This document shows, piece after piece, positions 19,361-30,161 of a DNA stretch of 64,000 nt (within the stretch, counting starts at the first letter, position 1; every line of letters starts with the position of its first letter). The DNA is taken from assembly GCA_027923505.1 (NCBI GenBank), contig BROI01000009.1, positions 496,001-560,000 on the forward strand, given 5' to 3'. A program made the translations under genes and the position numbers. This DNA is from Mayamaea pseudoterrestris (Eukaryota). The notes beneath the pieces were generated by a model. It saw nothing but the letters and a program-made list of their open reading frames with translations. It searched no databases and was not told the DNA's origin.

Positions 19361-22300
19361 CTAGCGTTGCCCGTTCCAGTCCCAGGCCACTTGTTTTTGC
19401 CGCGGATCCACTTGACCTTGCCGCTGTTCTGCTTGACCTTGACGCTGTTCTGCTTGACCTTGCGGGAGGTTTGCCGCTGGAACATGCATGTCCATAACTG
19501 CTTGTTGGTGTACCGCTAATTCTTGTTTCATGTCATAAACCTTCGCATCCAGTTTGTCCAACTGTAATTGTACGCTCGCAATATCATCCCGATTTTCATC
19601 AATATCAGACTGATTATTAGTTCCGCTTTGTTGCTGAGCAATGAGTTGTTGTTGCAGTGCATCGATTTGTTGTCGCAGTGCATCGATTTGGGCGGCGAGA
19701 CCACCAGCATCATTACCACGACCAAAAAAAGGCGCAGCCATACGTCGGAGAAATGGCGCAACCATACGTAGCAAGAATGGCTGATTCGCCGGGTCGCCTT
19801 GTTGTACAGCATCAAATTGGGTAGCGACACTAACAACGTTGACGTCAACTCGATCAACAGAAACCTGCTGCGTCAGGTCACGCGTCGCTCCGCCGTGATC
19901 AGCCACAGCCTTGTTGAGATTGTCATCATCGCCACGCAAAGATGCTTCCAAAACTTGATTTTCGGGCTGACTCACTGTTGCATCACGCTCTACCTGTGGG
20001 TCAAGAGTGCGTGTCGCCTCGACATTGCCGAGATCAATTATGTCGCTTTCCAGAGGTGCTCCCATTGCTACATCATGCAATTGTTGATATTCCCCCGACA
20101 AATGCTCATTCGCTTGGACACTGATCTGTCGCGGCACAGAATTGTACCGTTTCGCTTCTTTGTTGCTTCTTTCGATTACCAAGCGTTCGAAGGTTTCCAA
20201 CTCGGCCAAAAGGTTCGTCATAGACGGCACGTGCGTGTAAAAAACAGTTCTGAAGAGTTTTTTCATGTGCATGACGTTATACTCCTCTCCACTCCGCTTT
20301 GCCCGCACAAGAAAAAACTTTCGCGCAATTCCAAAAAGCAAGTACACTGCTTTGGCGGAAAGAGGTAACACCATCTTCTGCCCCTCCCGTGACAAGTGAA
20401 CTAGGTCGTAAAGGGCAGCGGACTCCTCTCGATATATGTTAACATACCGCCTGCCTTCGGATCCAGCCTCCGTTTCATTTTTTTGGACTTTATTTAATAT
20501 CTGACGTGCCAAATCACAATTTAAATATCTTCTCTTTTTTGTACCAACTTCAAACTTTAGCTTCTCAGGACCAATGCCCAAATCATCCAAACATAAGCGT
20601 TCCGCTTGGATTTCCGACATAGCGTTAAGCTTGACCAACAATTCACTTGCAAACTTGCTCAACTTTTCCCAAGTATACTCGTCGACAATGTCACGGATTC
20701 CGTCGCGATTGATTGTCGACATAATCTGCCAGGTATCAACAACCTTGCCTATGTAATGAATATCAGAAAGAATGAATTATGTAAGACAATGATTGACGTC
20801 AAAAGTAGCAAGGCTGCTCCTGTCTGATACGTACGCATTCGTTCCTCCTCCTCAAAAATGACACTGTCATCGACGGCCAGTTTGGCAGTCTTGCGCTTAC
20901 TTGGATTGCTATTTTCAGCCTTGCGCTTGTTTTGCTTGTGAATCAGTTCTTGGCCCGCTTGTCCTTGCCGCTGTTTCGCTTGACCCTGTTCCGCTCGTTT
21001 GTCTTTCAGGGCCGCTCGTTCTTGCCGCTGTTCCGCTTGACCTTGCCCCTGTTCCGCTCGTTTGTCTTCCAGGGTCGCTCGTTCTTGCCGCTGTTCCGCT
21101 TGACCTTGCAGGAGTTCCGCTCGTTCGTGTCCATGCGCCGTTTGTTCTTGCCGCGGACCCGCTTCAATTGCTCGTTGGTTTACCGCTCGAACGTGTCTCA
21201 GGCCAGTACCAGTAATTTCAGGCCTCTTCTGTTCTTTGAAATGAATCTTACCTTTACGCGAATGACTCTTGACCACCGAACGGAAATCGGACATATTATA
21301 CAAAATATGGCACATGATCGGCGTGTTCGTATGAAATATTGTGCTGACAAGCTTGTCCATGTCCTTTTTGGTAAAACCGACTCCAGTGGTCATCGCGCGA
21401 TAGGTAAAGAATTGCATAAGACATTTTGCAAGAAAAAGGATGGCTTTAGCCGAAAGGGGCAGGACCATTTGTTCAACTCCATTGGCGCAGTATTTTAGAT
21501 CATACAACATGTTGGGGTCTTCCTTGTAACGCTTTCTCCGGTCTATGCAAGCTCTCGAGGCCTTCTTTTTCAAACAATCCTGGATCGTTAATATTCCAAT
21601 CGGGTCCAAAAACTTGTAGGCTTTGCAACGTTCCAAATACTCCTTGGAGTTTAGCTCTTTTTCTGTGATTCCTAGTTGGCTTAGCTCGAGTAACGCTTGG
21701 TCTTCCGACATGGGTCGGACCTCCTTCATCAGCAAGCTCGCATACTGGCCCAGCTCTTTCAATGTATCGTTGTCGGCCATGTCGCTAATACCTTTAAAAT
21801 CGACCTTTTGCATGAAATTGCATTGGTCGTTGGTCGAACTATGCTTTTGCTCTTTGTGGCTGCGTGCCGAGCCAGAGGGTCCACCACTAATGACAAACTC
21901 GCGCAGCTCCTCAAACATGTCTTTGAAGAAAGCAAGACCCTCGTTCGGTATCTTGGAGGAGCTCTTGTTGCTGTCGTCGTCATCGTTGCTGCCTTCCTCG
22001 TCTTTATTTTTGTCGTCGTCGTCGTCGTCGGTCTCGACGTCTTCGTTACTAGCTTTCAATGCCGCTCCCGACGGCCTTTTGCGTAAGTAACGGTGCTCGG
22101 TGACCTGGCTAAAGCGGGACTTGCGCTTATTTTGCTTGTGCGTCGTGCTATCTTCCGGTTCGTAGTCACTGTCCTCGTCCATCGACGAGTCAGCAGACGT
22201 GTACAGCACTTTCTGATGCGGCTGGCGAGGCAGCGGACATTTCGTCTCACTTTCCTCGTCATCTGACGACGAGGAGGCAATGTTGCGCTTGACTAACTGA

Positions 22301-22928
22301 TGCTTGTCTCTAGTGCGTAGCTTGCATGGATTTCCCGTATCGTCGGACTTGTTCGAGGAGTAAAGGGCCGCGCCAGCACGAGCCCGCGTGTCCGTGCGAG
22401 CCAGTGTGTCCGTCATATGCAATGAAGGATAGCGTTTATTTTCCAGGTCAAAGTTCACGCAACGATTGCGTTCTGTTTCAAAGTAACACAACAGATGAAA
22501 GAGTGAGTACATTGACAAACGATTTAGCAGCGACGGTGCAACAAATAATATTTACGACCTTCCGTGCAGCTTGACTTGGAATCGTCATCACTGCCATTGC
22601 CCATCAAATCAACTGATTCATTCAACCCAATCTTGCCATTCACTTTAGTTTTGCTATCAAAATGATACTGTTTATGCATTAGAGTAGACGAGCTTGCGGC
22701 GTGTTGATGCTGCTCCGCGACAATGCCTGTTGCCGATGCAGCGTCTTGCTGCTTGCGAGTTTGACGCCCATGAGCGGAAGGAGGGTTTTGCTGTTGCATG
22801 GCGGCGGTAGCGGCGGCGCTTCTGCTCCCTTCCGGTGGGTGATGGCAACGGCGATAGTGTGCGCAGGTACTGGTGTCACTGTCCACGCTAAAAATGTTGA
22901 AATTCCCGGGGTCATCAATACCGTCCAT
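19361..22928 (-). CDS. Orphan protein, ~1130 aa; 3 exons (22928-~22559, 22472-20835, 20748-19361); two copies of an unrecognised ~170-aa helical domain, QGQAEQR repeats and a C-terminal coiled coil
   Basis: Phase-1 GT-AG introns (~22558-22473 and 20834-20749) join the 134-, 589- and 453-aa ORFs in frame. Shared motif LYDLx9MVLPLSAKA. It could instead be two tandem paralogues. Confidence 0.68.
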
Positions 22929-23158
22929 ATTTCTGAACGCAGATGCTGTAAATTATTAGTATGCAATAATTGCAAAAGGTACAATTAATACTGAGGATGG
23001 AGTTGCTTGTTACAGAGTAGCTTCTTGTCGGCGTGGCTCCATTGTGGCGGCTGCAGCGCAATGCGCCCGACGACCACCCGTAAACCGCTGAGACTCCATT
23101 ATTCCAGTACCGGACCGACACAAGGCCTCATGTTTCACCGCGACCATCAAAGTTGAAC

Positions 23159-26100
23159 ATGACTGACAGCAGAAACCTTCCATTGTTCAAAAGCGACAAT
23201 ATGCCGTCGCCTCCACGACGTAGAAAGCGTCCTCGTATCCCTGATCCACCAGAATCATTAATCAAACTCATTCAAAATGATACGAAAGTTCTCGCATACA
23301 TGAAATCCCTACAAGCGAATCTGGATGAGGATGTTCGAATTTGGAAGGAACGAGCTCGCAACTATCAGAAGCGATTGGAAAAGCATGACAAACAGCAACC
23401 ACAGAAACACGAAACGACGAAACGGGTGAAACAAAAGGAGACGCCGCTGCAGCTTAATGAAGTGGAACGCACGGGCGACGAAGTTGCGGTCGACGAATCA
23501 ATGTTTGACTTGCTGTCATCGTCGGACTCCGACGAAGACATGGAGATCCAAACGCAGCAATTATCGCACGAAACTTTGGAACCAAAATTCGAGTCAGATA
23601 TCCTGCCTCACATTGATCAGGCGCTGTGGGCTCTCGAACGAATTGGCGTGCCGCTGGCCAGCAAAGAAAAAATGCCAGCCTCAAAGCCTGACGATAGCAT
23701 TGCCGATGGAGAAACTGACGACACCTTTATCGCACCGTTCACTACGAACATATATACTCGTCGAACGGACGCTCAAGTCATATCCGACATTTTGTTACAG
23801 GTGAACGCATGGACTCGTGTGGAACGTGCATTTGACGCGCAGACACTTTCACCGACCCTTGTGGTACAGCAAGGACTGCAGCTACTGTTTCGAGCACTTG
23901 TCATTCTAGACACATTTTATGAGTGCAATCATGATACACTACTAGCAAATCCAGCCAATTATGCCGGCATCGTGGGAGGTCGCAAGGAAATGGTGCAGAC
24001 GCTTCTTCGGACATTGTCGGCTGAAATTAGCGAAACTTGGGCTTGTCAAAACCGATCGAATCGACACGCCACTCCGAGCTTGCAGTATAGTCAAGATGAG
24101 AATGCAGGTCTCTCTCTTGCTGATACAGACGCTGCCGACGAAAGCATGGAAAACTGTAGCGACAACAACTACAAAAATCGCTCGAGACGGCTCGCGCCCC
24201 TTGTCAAAAGCCGCCTGCTGGCCGAACTGACCATTGGCATGTATTTGTCGCGAAATGATTACGATACAGCGTCTCAAGTAGCTTTCAACTATATTGCGTC
24301 GTCCGTCCCGACTCTCGTTGAAGACTATCCCAGCTTACCTCCTGTTTTGAGTCTCGTTGTCTTGGAGGGCATACTGCGTCCTTCGACTCTCTGCAGGAGT
24401 ATCGAGTCGAGTGGCGCAAAAGAGACTGATCATTGCAGCAATTGGTTCATTAATTCAATTTGTGAATTAGACAAAAATGTTGTTGCGTCGAAAAACGTTC
24501 AGTGTCAAGTCTTATCACGATGTATACATCGGACGGCCCGAATATGGAAATGGCGAATGAACTCTCCTGACGCTCGCATCCATGAGGTCGCCCAAGTGGA
24601 ATGTGCAAGTTACCGGCGAATGCTTGCATCTGATTCGTCGTGGCTCGTGAACGATGGAGAATTACCTGCAGTGGCACTACCAGTCCCAATGTACGACCAT
24701 TCACACGGGTGTGGACAGCAAACCTACTTCAACAAGACTCAACTGTTGTCATATCTACTAACCAAAAATTTTTATGGCATACAAGAATCTTTTCGTGAGG
24801 CGCTAGTGAGCAAAAAACATGCCGGCTTGGTGCCACTTGCTGAAGCAGGTCGGCAGTTAATTTTGCGACAGCTGGACTTGTATCAAGAATATTCGAATAA
24901 GACTGCTAATTCGGCGACACTTTTCGCCTTGACAGGTTTACTCGATCAAGCGTTGCGAAGTTTGGAATCAAACTCAGCCGGGTTTTTACACGCTTTTCTC
25001 TGCTTTGTGATGTGCTGCGGAATACTAGCAGATGGAAAGGTCTGTGTTCAACTTCTTGAAACGCTGGTACAAATGCCTTTGGCAACGCTTAAGAATGACA
25101 CCGTCCACATGCTCAACATGTACAGAGCTATCGATAATGTTTCAGATCAACCTTGCGTACACATTATAAATTTGAAAAGGAGGGCCGATCGAAGAAGTGC
25201 TTTCATGGCTCAAGCAATGCGAGAGAAACTGCTTGTTGCTCCAGCAATAGTTCCCTTGGATCCGCCATTGGGACAAATTGGAAACATTGATGCTTTAAAT
25301 GGTTATGCATTCGATAGCATGGGCCGAGCGGTCGAGGGACGAGCATATTCGTGGCGGGGAAGTGGTGCTGCGAGGACAGTGATCAAGGCGCTTGTCAATT
25401 GTAAATGGCGGCCGACGGACCTGCAACTGTTCGACAGAAACGCACCTGACAACGACGCGCTTGTCGAAATGTCAGACTCTGAAGTCGCGTGTGCCCTCTC
25501 ACATGTTGCCAGCTGGCAGGGGGCTAAAAAAGTTTTAAATGTGACCATATCAGTTTTTGATGACGAAGATAGGCCGATGAATAGTCTTTTCGAGTACCCT
25601 TTACATATGCTACGCCGATGCAAAATAGCTGGGTTTGCGCGTGGACAAGCACTTTTGTCAATAAATGCTGATATTGCTCCAGCTCCAGTTGTCGTCATTC
25701 TGGAAGATGACGCAGTTTTGGTTGACAGGTTTCGCGAGCGACTCGAGGAACTCCTTGAGCAGCTTCCAAGAGATTTTCACTTTTGTTCAATAGGATATGG
25801 ACGGCCCAAAACGGCTCCAATAGTTCCTTTCAATTCCCAGTGTGGTGTGCCGACTCACCTTTTCTATCTTACTGGGTATATCCTTAGTCCGAGCGGTGCC
25901 GAACACCTCTTAGCCTCGCTTCCAGTTGCTGGCCCAGTTGATTGTTTCATCGGGCTGAAAATGACGAGTAATTGGGACAATGTGTTTGGCGAAGCCGTGG
26001 GTCTAGGTGTTCAGGGTAAGCCTCTTTCCGGCGTGGTCGCCAAGGAGGAACTGGCGAGCCTTTTAAAATTTCGGGCGTTTTGTGCGCTACAGCCAATATG

Positions 26101-26200
26101 CTCGCAGCGCATAGGGCGGACGACGTTGACTGGAAGGGCTTGGCGACAGCGCGATACTGATATACAGTACAGCGGCGACCGCCGAAAACGTAACTTATGA
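23159..26200 (+). CDS. Large protein (~1013 aa): unknown N-terminal region plus C-terminal glycosyltransferase family 25 domain
   Basis: GT25 motifs HIINLKRRADRR, EVACALSHVASW, VILEDDA, GYILSPSGAEHLL and PVD. The N-terminus has an NLS-like PPRRRKRPR and a coiled coil. Confidence 0.82.
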   Translation: MTDSRNLPLFKSDNMPSPPRRRKRPRIPDPPESLIKLIQNDTKVLAYMKSLQANLDEDVRIWKERARNYQKRLEKHDKQQPQKHETTKRVKQKETPLQLNEVERTGDEVAVDESMFDLLSSSDSDEDMEIQTQQLSHETLEPKFESDILPHIDQALWALERIGVPLASKEKMPASKPDDSIADGETDDTFIAPFTTNIYTRRTDAQVISDILLQVNAWTRVERAFDAQTLSPTLVVQQGLQLLFRALVILDTFYECNHDTLLANPANYAGIVGGRKEMVQTLLRTLSAEISETWACQNRSNRHATPSLQYSQDENAGLSLADTDAADESMENCSDNNYKNRSRRLAPLVKSRLLAELTIGMYLSRNDYDTASQVAFNYIASSVPTLVEDYPSLPPVLSLVVLEGILRPSTLCRSIESSGAKETDHCSNWFINSICELDKNVVASKNVQCQVLSRCIHRTARIWKWRMNSPDARIHEVAQVECASYRRMLASDSSWLVNDGELPAVALPVPMYDHSHGCGQQTYFNKTQLLSYLLTKNFYGIQESFREALVSKKHAGLVPLAEAGRQLILRQLDLYQEYSNKTANSATLFALTGLLDQALRSLESNSAGFLHAFLCFVMCCGILADGKVCVQLLETLVQMPLATLKNDTVHMLNMYRAIDNVSDQPCVHIINLKRRADRRSAFMAQAMREKLLVAPAIVPLDPPLGQIGNIDALNGYAFDSMGRAVEGRAYSWRGSGAARTVIKALVNCKWRPTDLQLFDRNAPDNDALVEMSDSEVACALSHVASWQGAKKVLNVTISVFDDEDRPMNSLFEYPLHMLRRCKIAGFARGQALLSINADIAPAPVVVILEDDAVLVDRFRERLEELLEQLPRDFHFCSIGYGRPKTAPIVPFNSQCGVPTHLFYLTGYILSPSGAEHLLASLPVAGPVDCFIGLKMTSNWDNVFGEAVGLGVQGKPLSGVVAKEELASLLKFRAFCALQPICSQRIGRTTLTGRAWRQRDTDIQYSGDRRKRNL

Positions 26201-26229
26201 TACAGATATTAGCATTATATTACCGCTAT

Positions 26230-29200
26230 TCATTTAGATTGGATGAATTTATCGCTTTGAATCTGTCCTTCTGATAACAAAGTAATTTTCTTGGCAAGCT
26301 CTTCCGCTAATGGCAAGGACAACCGGTTTACGGTGAACATTTCGTTGCCCGAATTAATGAGAGTGGGGTCGTCATCAGGTTTGATGAGTCTAGAGTGATA
26401 AGCCACTTCATGAAACATCTGAGCAAGCTGCCTTTCCTCTGGAACAGTCCCTCGATCGTATTGACTCATGAGAAGCAAATCGCCGCCAGTATGAACAGAA
26501 GCACAGTGAGATTTACCAAGCGTCAAGCAACAACTAGCAGCTAGTTTTGCTGTCTCTGCTTCTTGCTTTGTTATGGTCGGATTCGTCCACCTGTGGATTA
26601 CATTATTGTACTCTAATTTTTCCAAAAAACGTTCAATGATCCACATAAGAGAATCAAGAACGCCTTCGTCCAGAAAGATACTGGCGTAAACCTTGTCCTT
26701 CGCAAGAATTGCAATCTCTTCCAACGCCTCCAGCTTCTCGTCGTCGGTCGAAGGTGCATTTGCTAGCACGTCCAGCCAGGCGCGTGGCTGCTCCGCAGGG
26801 CTAAGTGCGTGAATCTGGCAGACGGGTATAACCGGACCTTAAATAGCAAGCAAACAAAGATGAGAAAGCAGCAACCATAGAAATCAATTTTGAACCATTG
26901 TCACTTACCGTCTTTTAAACAAAGTACACTATTCTTCTGGTTGCGAGACCGCGCCGGTGATAAGTTACACTTAGTATCACCTGCTTTGATGTTCCAGGCG
27001 TCGACAGCCTTCCTGCCGCCAGTACGGCTAACATCACCCCCGGCAACACGTCCTTGAACCTTTCGATTCGCGGCATCAGTGCCTGGATTAGAATTTTCTT
27101 CCTCCAACACACCATCCTGCATTTTTCCACTGGATTGGACAACCTTGGTGACTTCCTCGTCAATCGCTTCACAACATTGCTTCATTTCCGTCGGGACATG
27201 ATCGGCAATGCCTGAGTCCGTGTAGGTATTGGCGCAACTGTTGGAAATAGTTTCGCTCACATTCATAACGTGGTCCTGCGCGCCCCGACATGCCTCTACT
27301 GCTTGATACTGCATGTTTTCTCGCTGCTCGGGCGGAATTTGCAGAACCCCCACACCGATTCCAACAGCGGCGGCACCGACCAACAAGCCAACCGGGCCCA
27401 TCAACAAACATCCCGCCGTGGCGGCAGCAGCAACACCACAGGCTGTTTGCACTGCAGGAGTTCCAAAGCGAGCGCGGGCCAAGTTTACAAACGAACCGTC
27501 ATTATTGTCGTGCGTCGTGTCAATAAGCAAACTGGCAACGGATCCATCCGTACGTTGGCGATTATTCAACATTTCCGCCTTAGGCTTTTGCGCTGCTGCC
27601 GTGCGTAAGTGAGCCTCCTGTTCGTGGCGGGTCCGGCGCGAGTAGGAAATAGATCCATCGTCATCGTCGTCAACTGTATCGTGGTCCGTCCGATACTGAT
27701 GACTGTAGCTGATGTGCTGTCGGTTGCTCGAGTAGCAACCAAAATTATTGCTGCTCTGATGATCATCATTATGTTCATGATAATCCTCATCTTCGTCTTC
27801 GTTATCCATCGTTTGGGAATCGCGCAAAGAAAGTTTCGGTAACGCGGAGGGTTTTAAACTTGTCGCCACATTTCGCTGGATGTTTCCTTGGTGGCTATTT
27901 TGTCGCGATCCATGACGTTGAGAATATATGTTGCTGTCTCGATATTGGTGGGGATCATCATGCCCAGAGTAGTCGTAGGTATCATCGTCATGAACGTGAT
28001 TCTTGTCTTGGGGCGAATAGTAGGCATCGGTATAGGTCGTAAGCTGCGTATCCTTGCTGTCAATATTGTAGATGGGATGCGGATGCTGCGGCCCCCCGTT
28101 GTCACTACCTTGCTGATGGTGATGCACTGCGGAAGTTGCGGTTAAGCTTCTATCGAAAAAGGCTGCAACCTCTGGAGTCATTTGCGAGGTAGACAAAGAT
28201 GTATCGTGAGGAAGCAAACGTTGAAGGTTGTTCTGTGCGTGATGCGCATCCTGCTGCTCCTCGTGGTAACGGTCATCCAATCGTTCTCGTCCGTAAATTG
28301 CTTTTCCATATGGCTGATGCTGTTGTAATGAATGCGACCGACTACTCGAGTCAAAGTCCGAGCTTGATGAGGGCGCCAACATGATGCGGTTCGTGTAAAT
28401 GGCCTTGCTGCTCTTTTCTTCTTCTGCTTCATGGTGTTCATAAAGTTTGGCAGGTGCCGGCGCTGGCGGCATTCGAGGGTTCGCAGTGGCTCGCCAGGAT
28501 GGCGTGGATGGCTGAATTTGATGCTGGTGCTGCTGTTGTTGCCGGTTGTTAACGAGGTCCAACTTGGCCTTTGCTGGAGTTAGCGGTCGCCTTCCCAATC
28601 TCGTCTCGTGTTTCAAAGGAATCTTTGCCGGCTCCTGCTGCATCAAGTCATCGTCACTTTTCTCCAGCTCTGGCTCTCCAGTAATCTCGTTCTCTTCCTT
28701 GTTAGAAGCAGCGGTTCGCATGAGTCGGAGGCGTTGGATCTTTCCAATACGTGTAGTTGCTGGACTCGGTGATCGACTGTTGACTGATATTGGTGCAATC
28801 GTTGTCTTTGCCAAGAGATTCTCTACATGCTCCTCATCTTGATGCTCCTTTTCCTTTTGTTGCTGCAGTTTCTTCGCTGAGTGATGCGCAAATAGTGAAA
28901 CTGCTGGTCCCTGGGGAGGACCAATGTTGCTGCTGCTCGCATAGGAAGCCACCGACGAGCCATCAGGTGGAGGAACATTAGCCAGGCCCATCAATCGTCG
29001 CGTTTCAAGGCTTCGCTGCTTTTGCTGCGCAATGAAATTATTATTGCGAGTTGTGGTTATTGCTGTCTTGTCTTGTTTGCTGCTGCTAGTAGATTGCTCG
29101 AGTCTGTTCATGCTGTCATTAAACGAGTCGGCAGCTGTCTGCTTCGAGAGTCGACTGCGACGGTTGCGACTGGCAGCCGCCGTGGTGGAGATATGAGCCG

Positions 29201-29411
29201 AGTCAATCGAAACATTATTTGCTTCTTTTGCTGCATCCTCTGCGTTGACTCGCTGAGCTGCAGCGCGACGCAGCAGGATGGACGTGCGTCCTGGACTGCT
29301 ACTTGTCATCGTTGTTCGACTTGCTGTTTCCTTCTGCGCTTCGAGTGTCGCAATGCGAGTGCGAACCACTGATGAGCAACTCGACGATGGAGACGTTGTC
29401 GCGGTTGACAT
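26230..29411 (-). CDS. Hypothetical protein, ~1036 aa; 2 exons (29411-26909, 26837-26230); long disordered N-terminus, Gly/Ala-rich hydrophobic segment and helical C-terminal domain
   Basis: A GTAAGT...TTTAAG intron (26908-26838) joins the 843-aa and 179-aa ORFs in frame (KD-G-PVIPVCQIH). Confidence 0.8.
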
Positions 29412-30161
29412 GACTGCTACTACCTTGCTCAAGTACTTGCGCGCGCTCCTCGTTTAATAGATATCGCCATGGTCTCAAAATCGCGTGGTGGGTTGATCCT
29501 GGAAAATTCGCTCGATGTCATACTGGTTCTCTTTCATTGGACGTTCTTGGCGCGGCTTGCTTGCTAACGATCACCCCAAATACCGAGTAGGGCGAGTTTA
29601 GCTATTACTCAATGCATATCACAAAAAAACGTCAAGCTCTCGCATTCTTCATTGAGGCCCCAAGGCCCTGTTATTGTGGGTTGACAGTGAGTTCACAGTC
29701 AAATCGTCGTGTCAAGGATAAGCAAATGGAGACTCTTGTGATTCAGCAAGCATCTGTAAACAACTACTGTACGTTGCGTTTCCGTTACTACTAATAGGTG
29801 ACCTACCGTACCTTGCCAGCAGTCAATTGGACAATCTCACATACTGTACGCTACACCTCCGTGGTACTGTCAGAAAATCGGGCAAGCTCCCTGCCACCAC
29901 TCTATGGCATGTCGGTTTCTCGTCCGTCGCACACAATAAATGTCTCCATCATCCGTCACCTTGCTCGTCTTCCTTCTTCGCTGACCGAGTGGAAGATTTG
30001 AAGTTGCTGTTGGAGCGAATGAAACCCCTTCAATCACAAAGTGAAAGCAATAATTATATGTTATACGTCTATTAGAGTGTCGATCATGATAAAAGATAGA
30101 AATCCAACATCGCCTTTATTGTCACAATAAATCATGAACTGCTCCAAGCTCCTTGTCAAAC

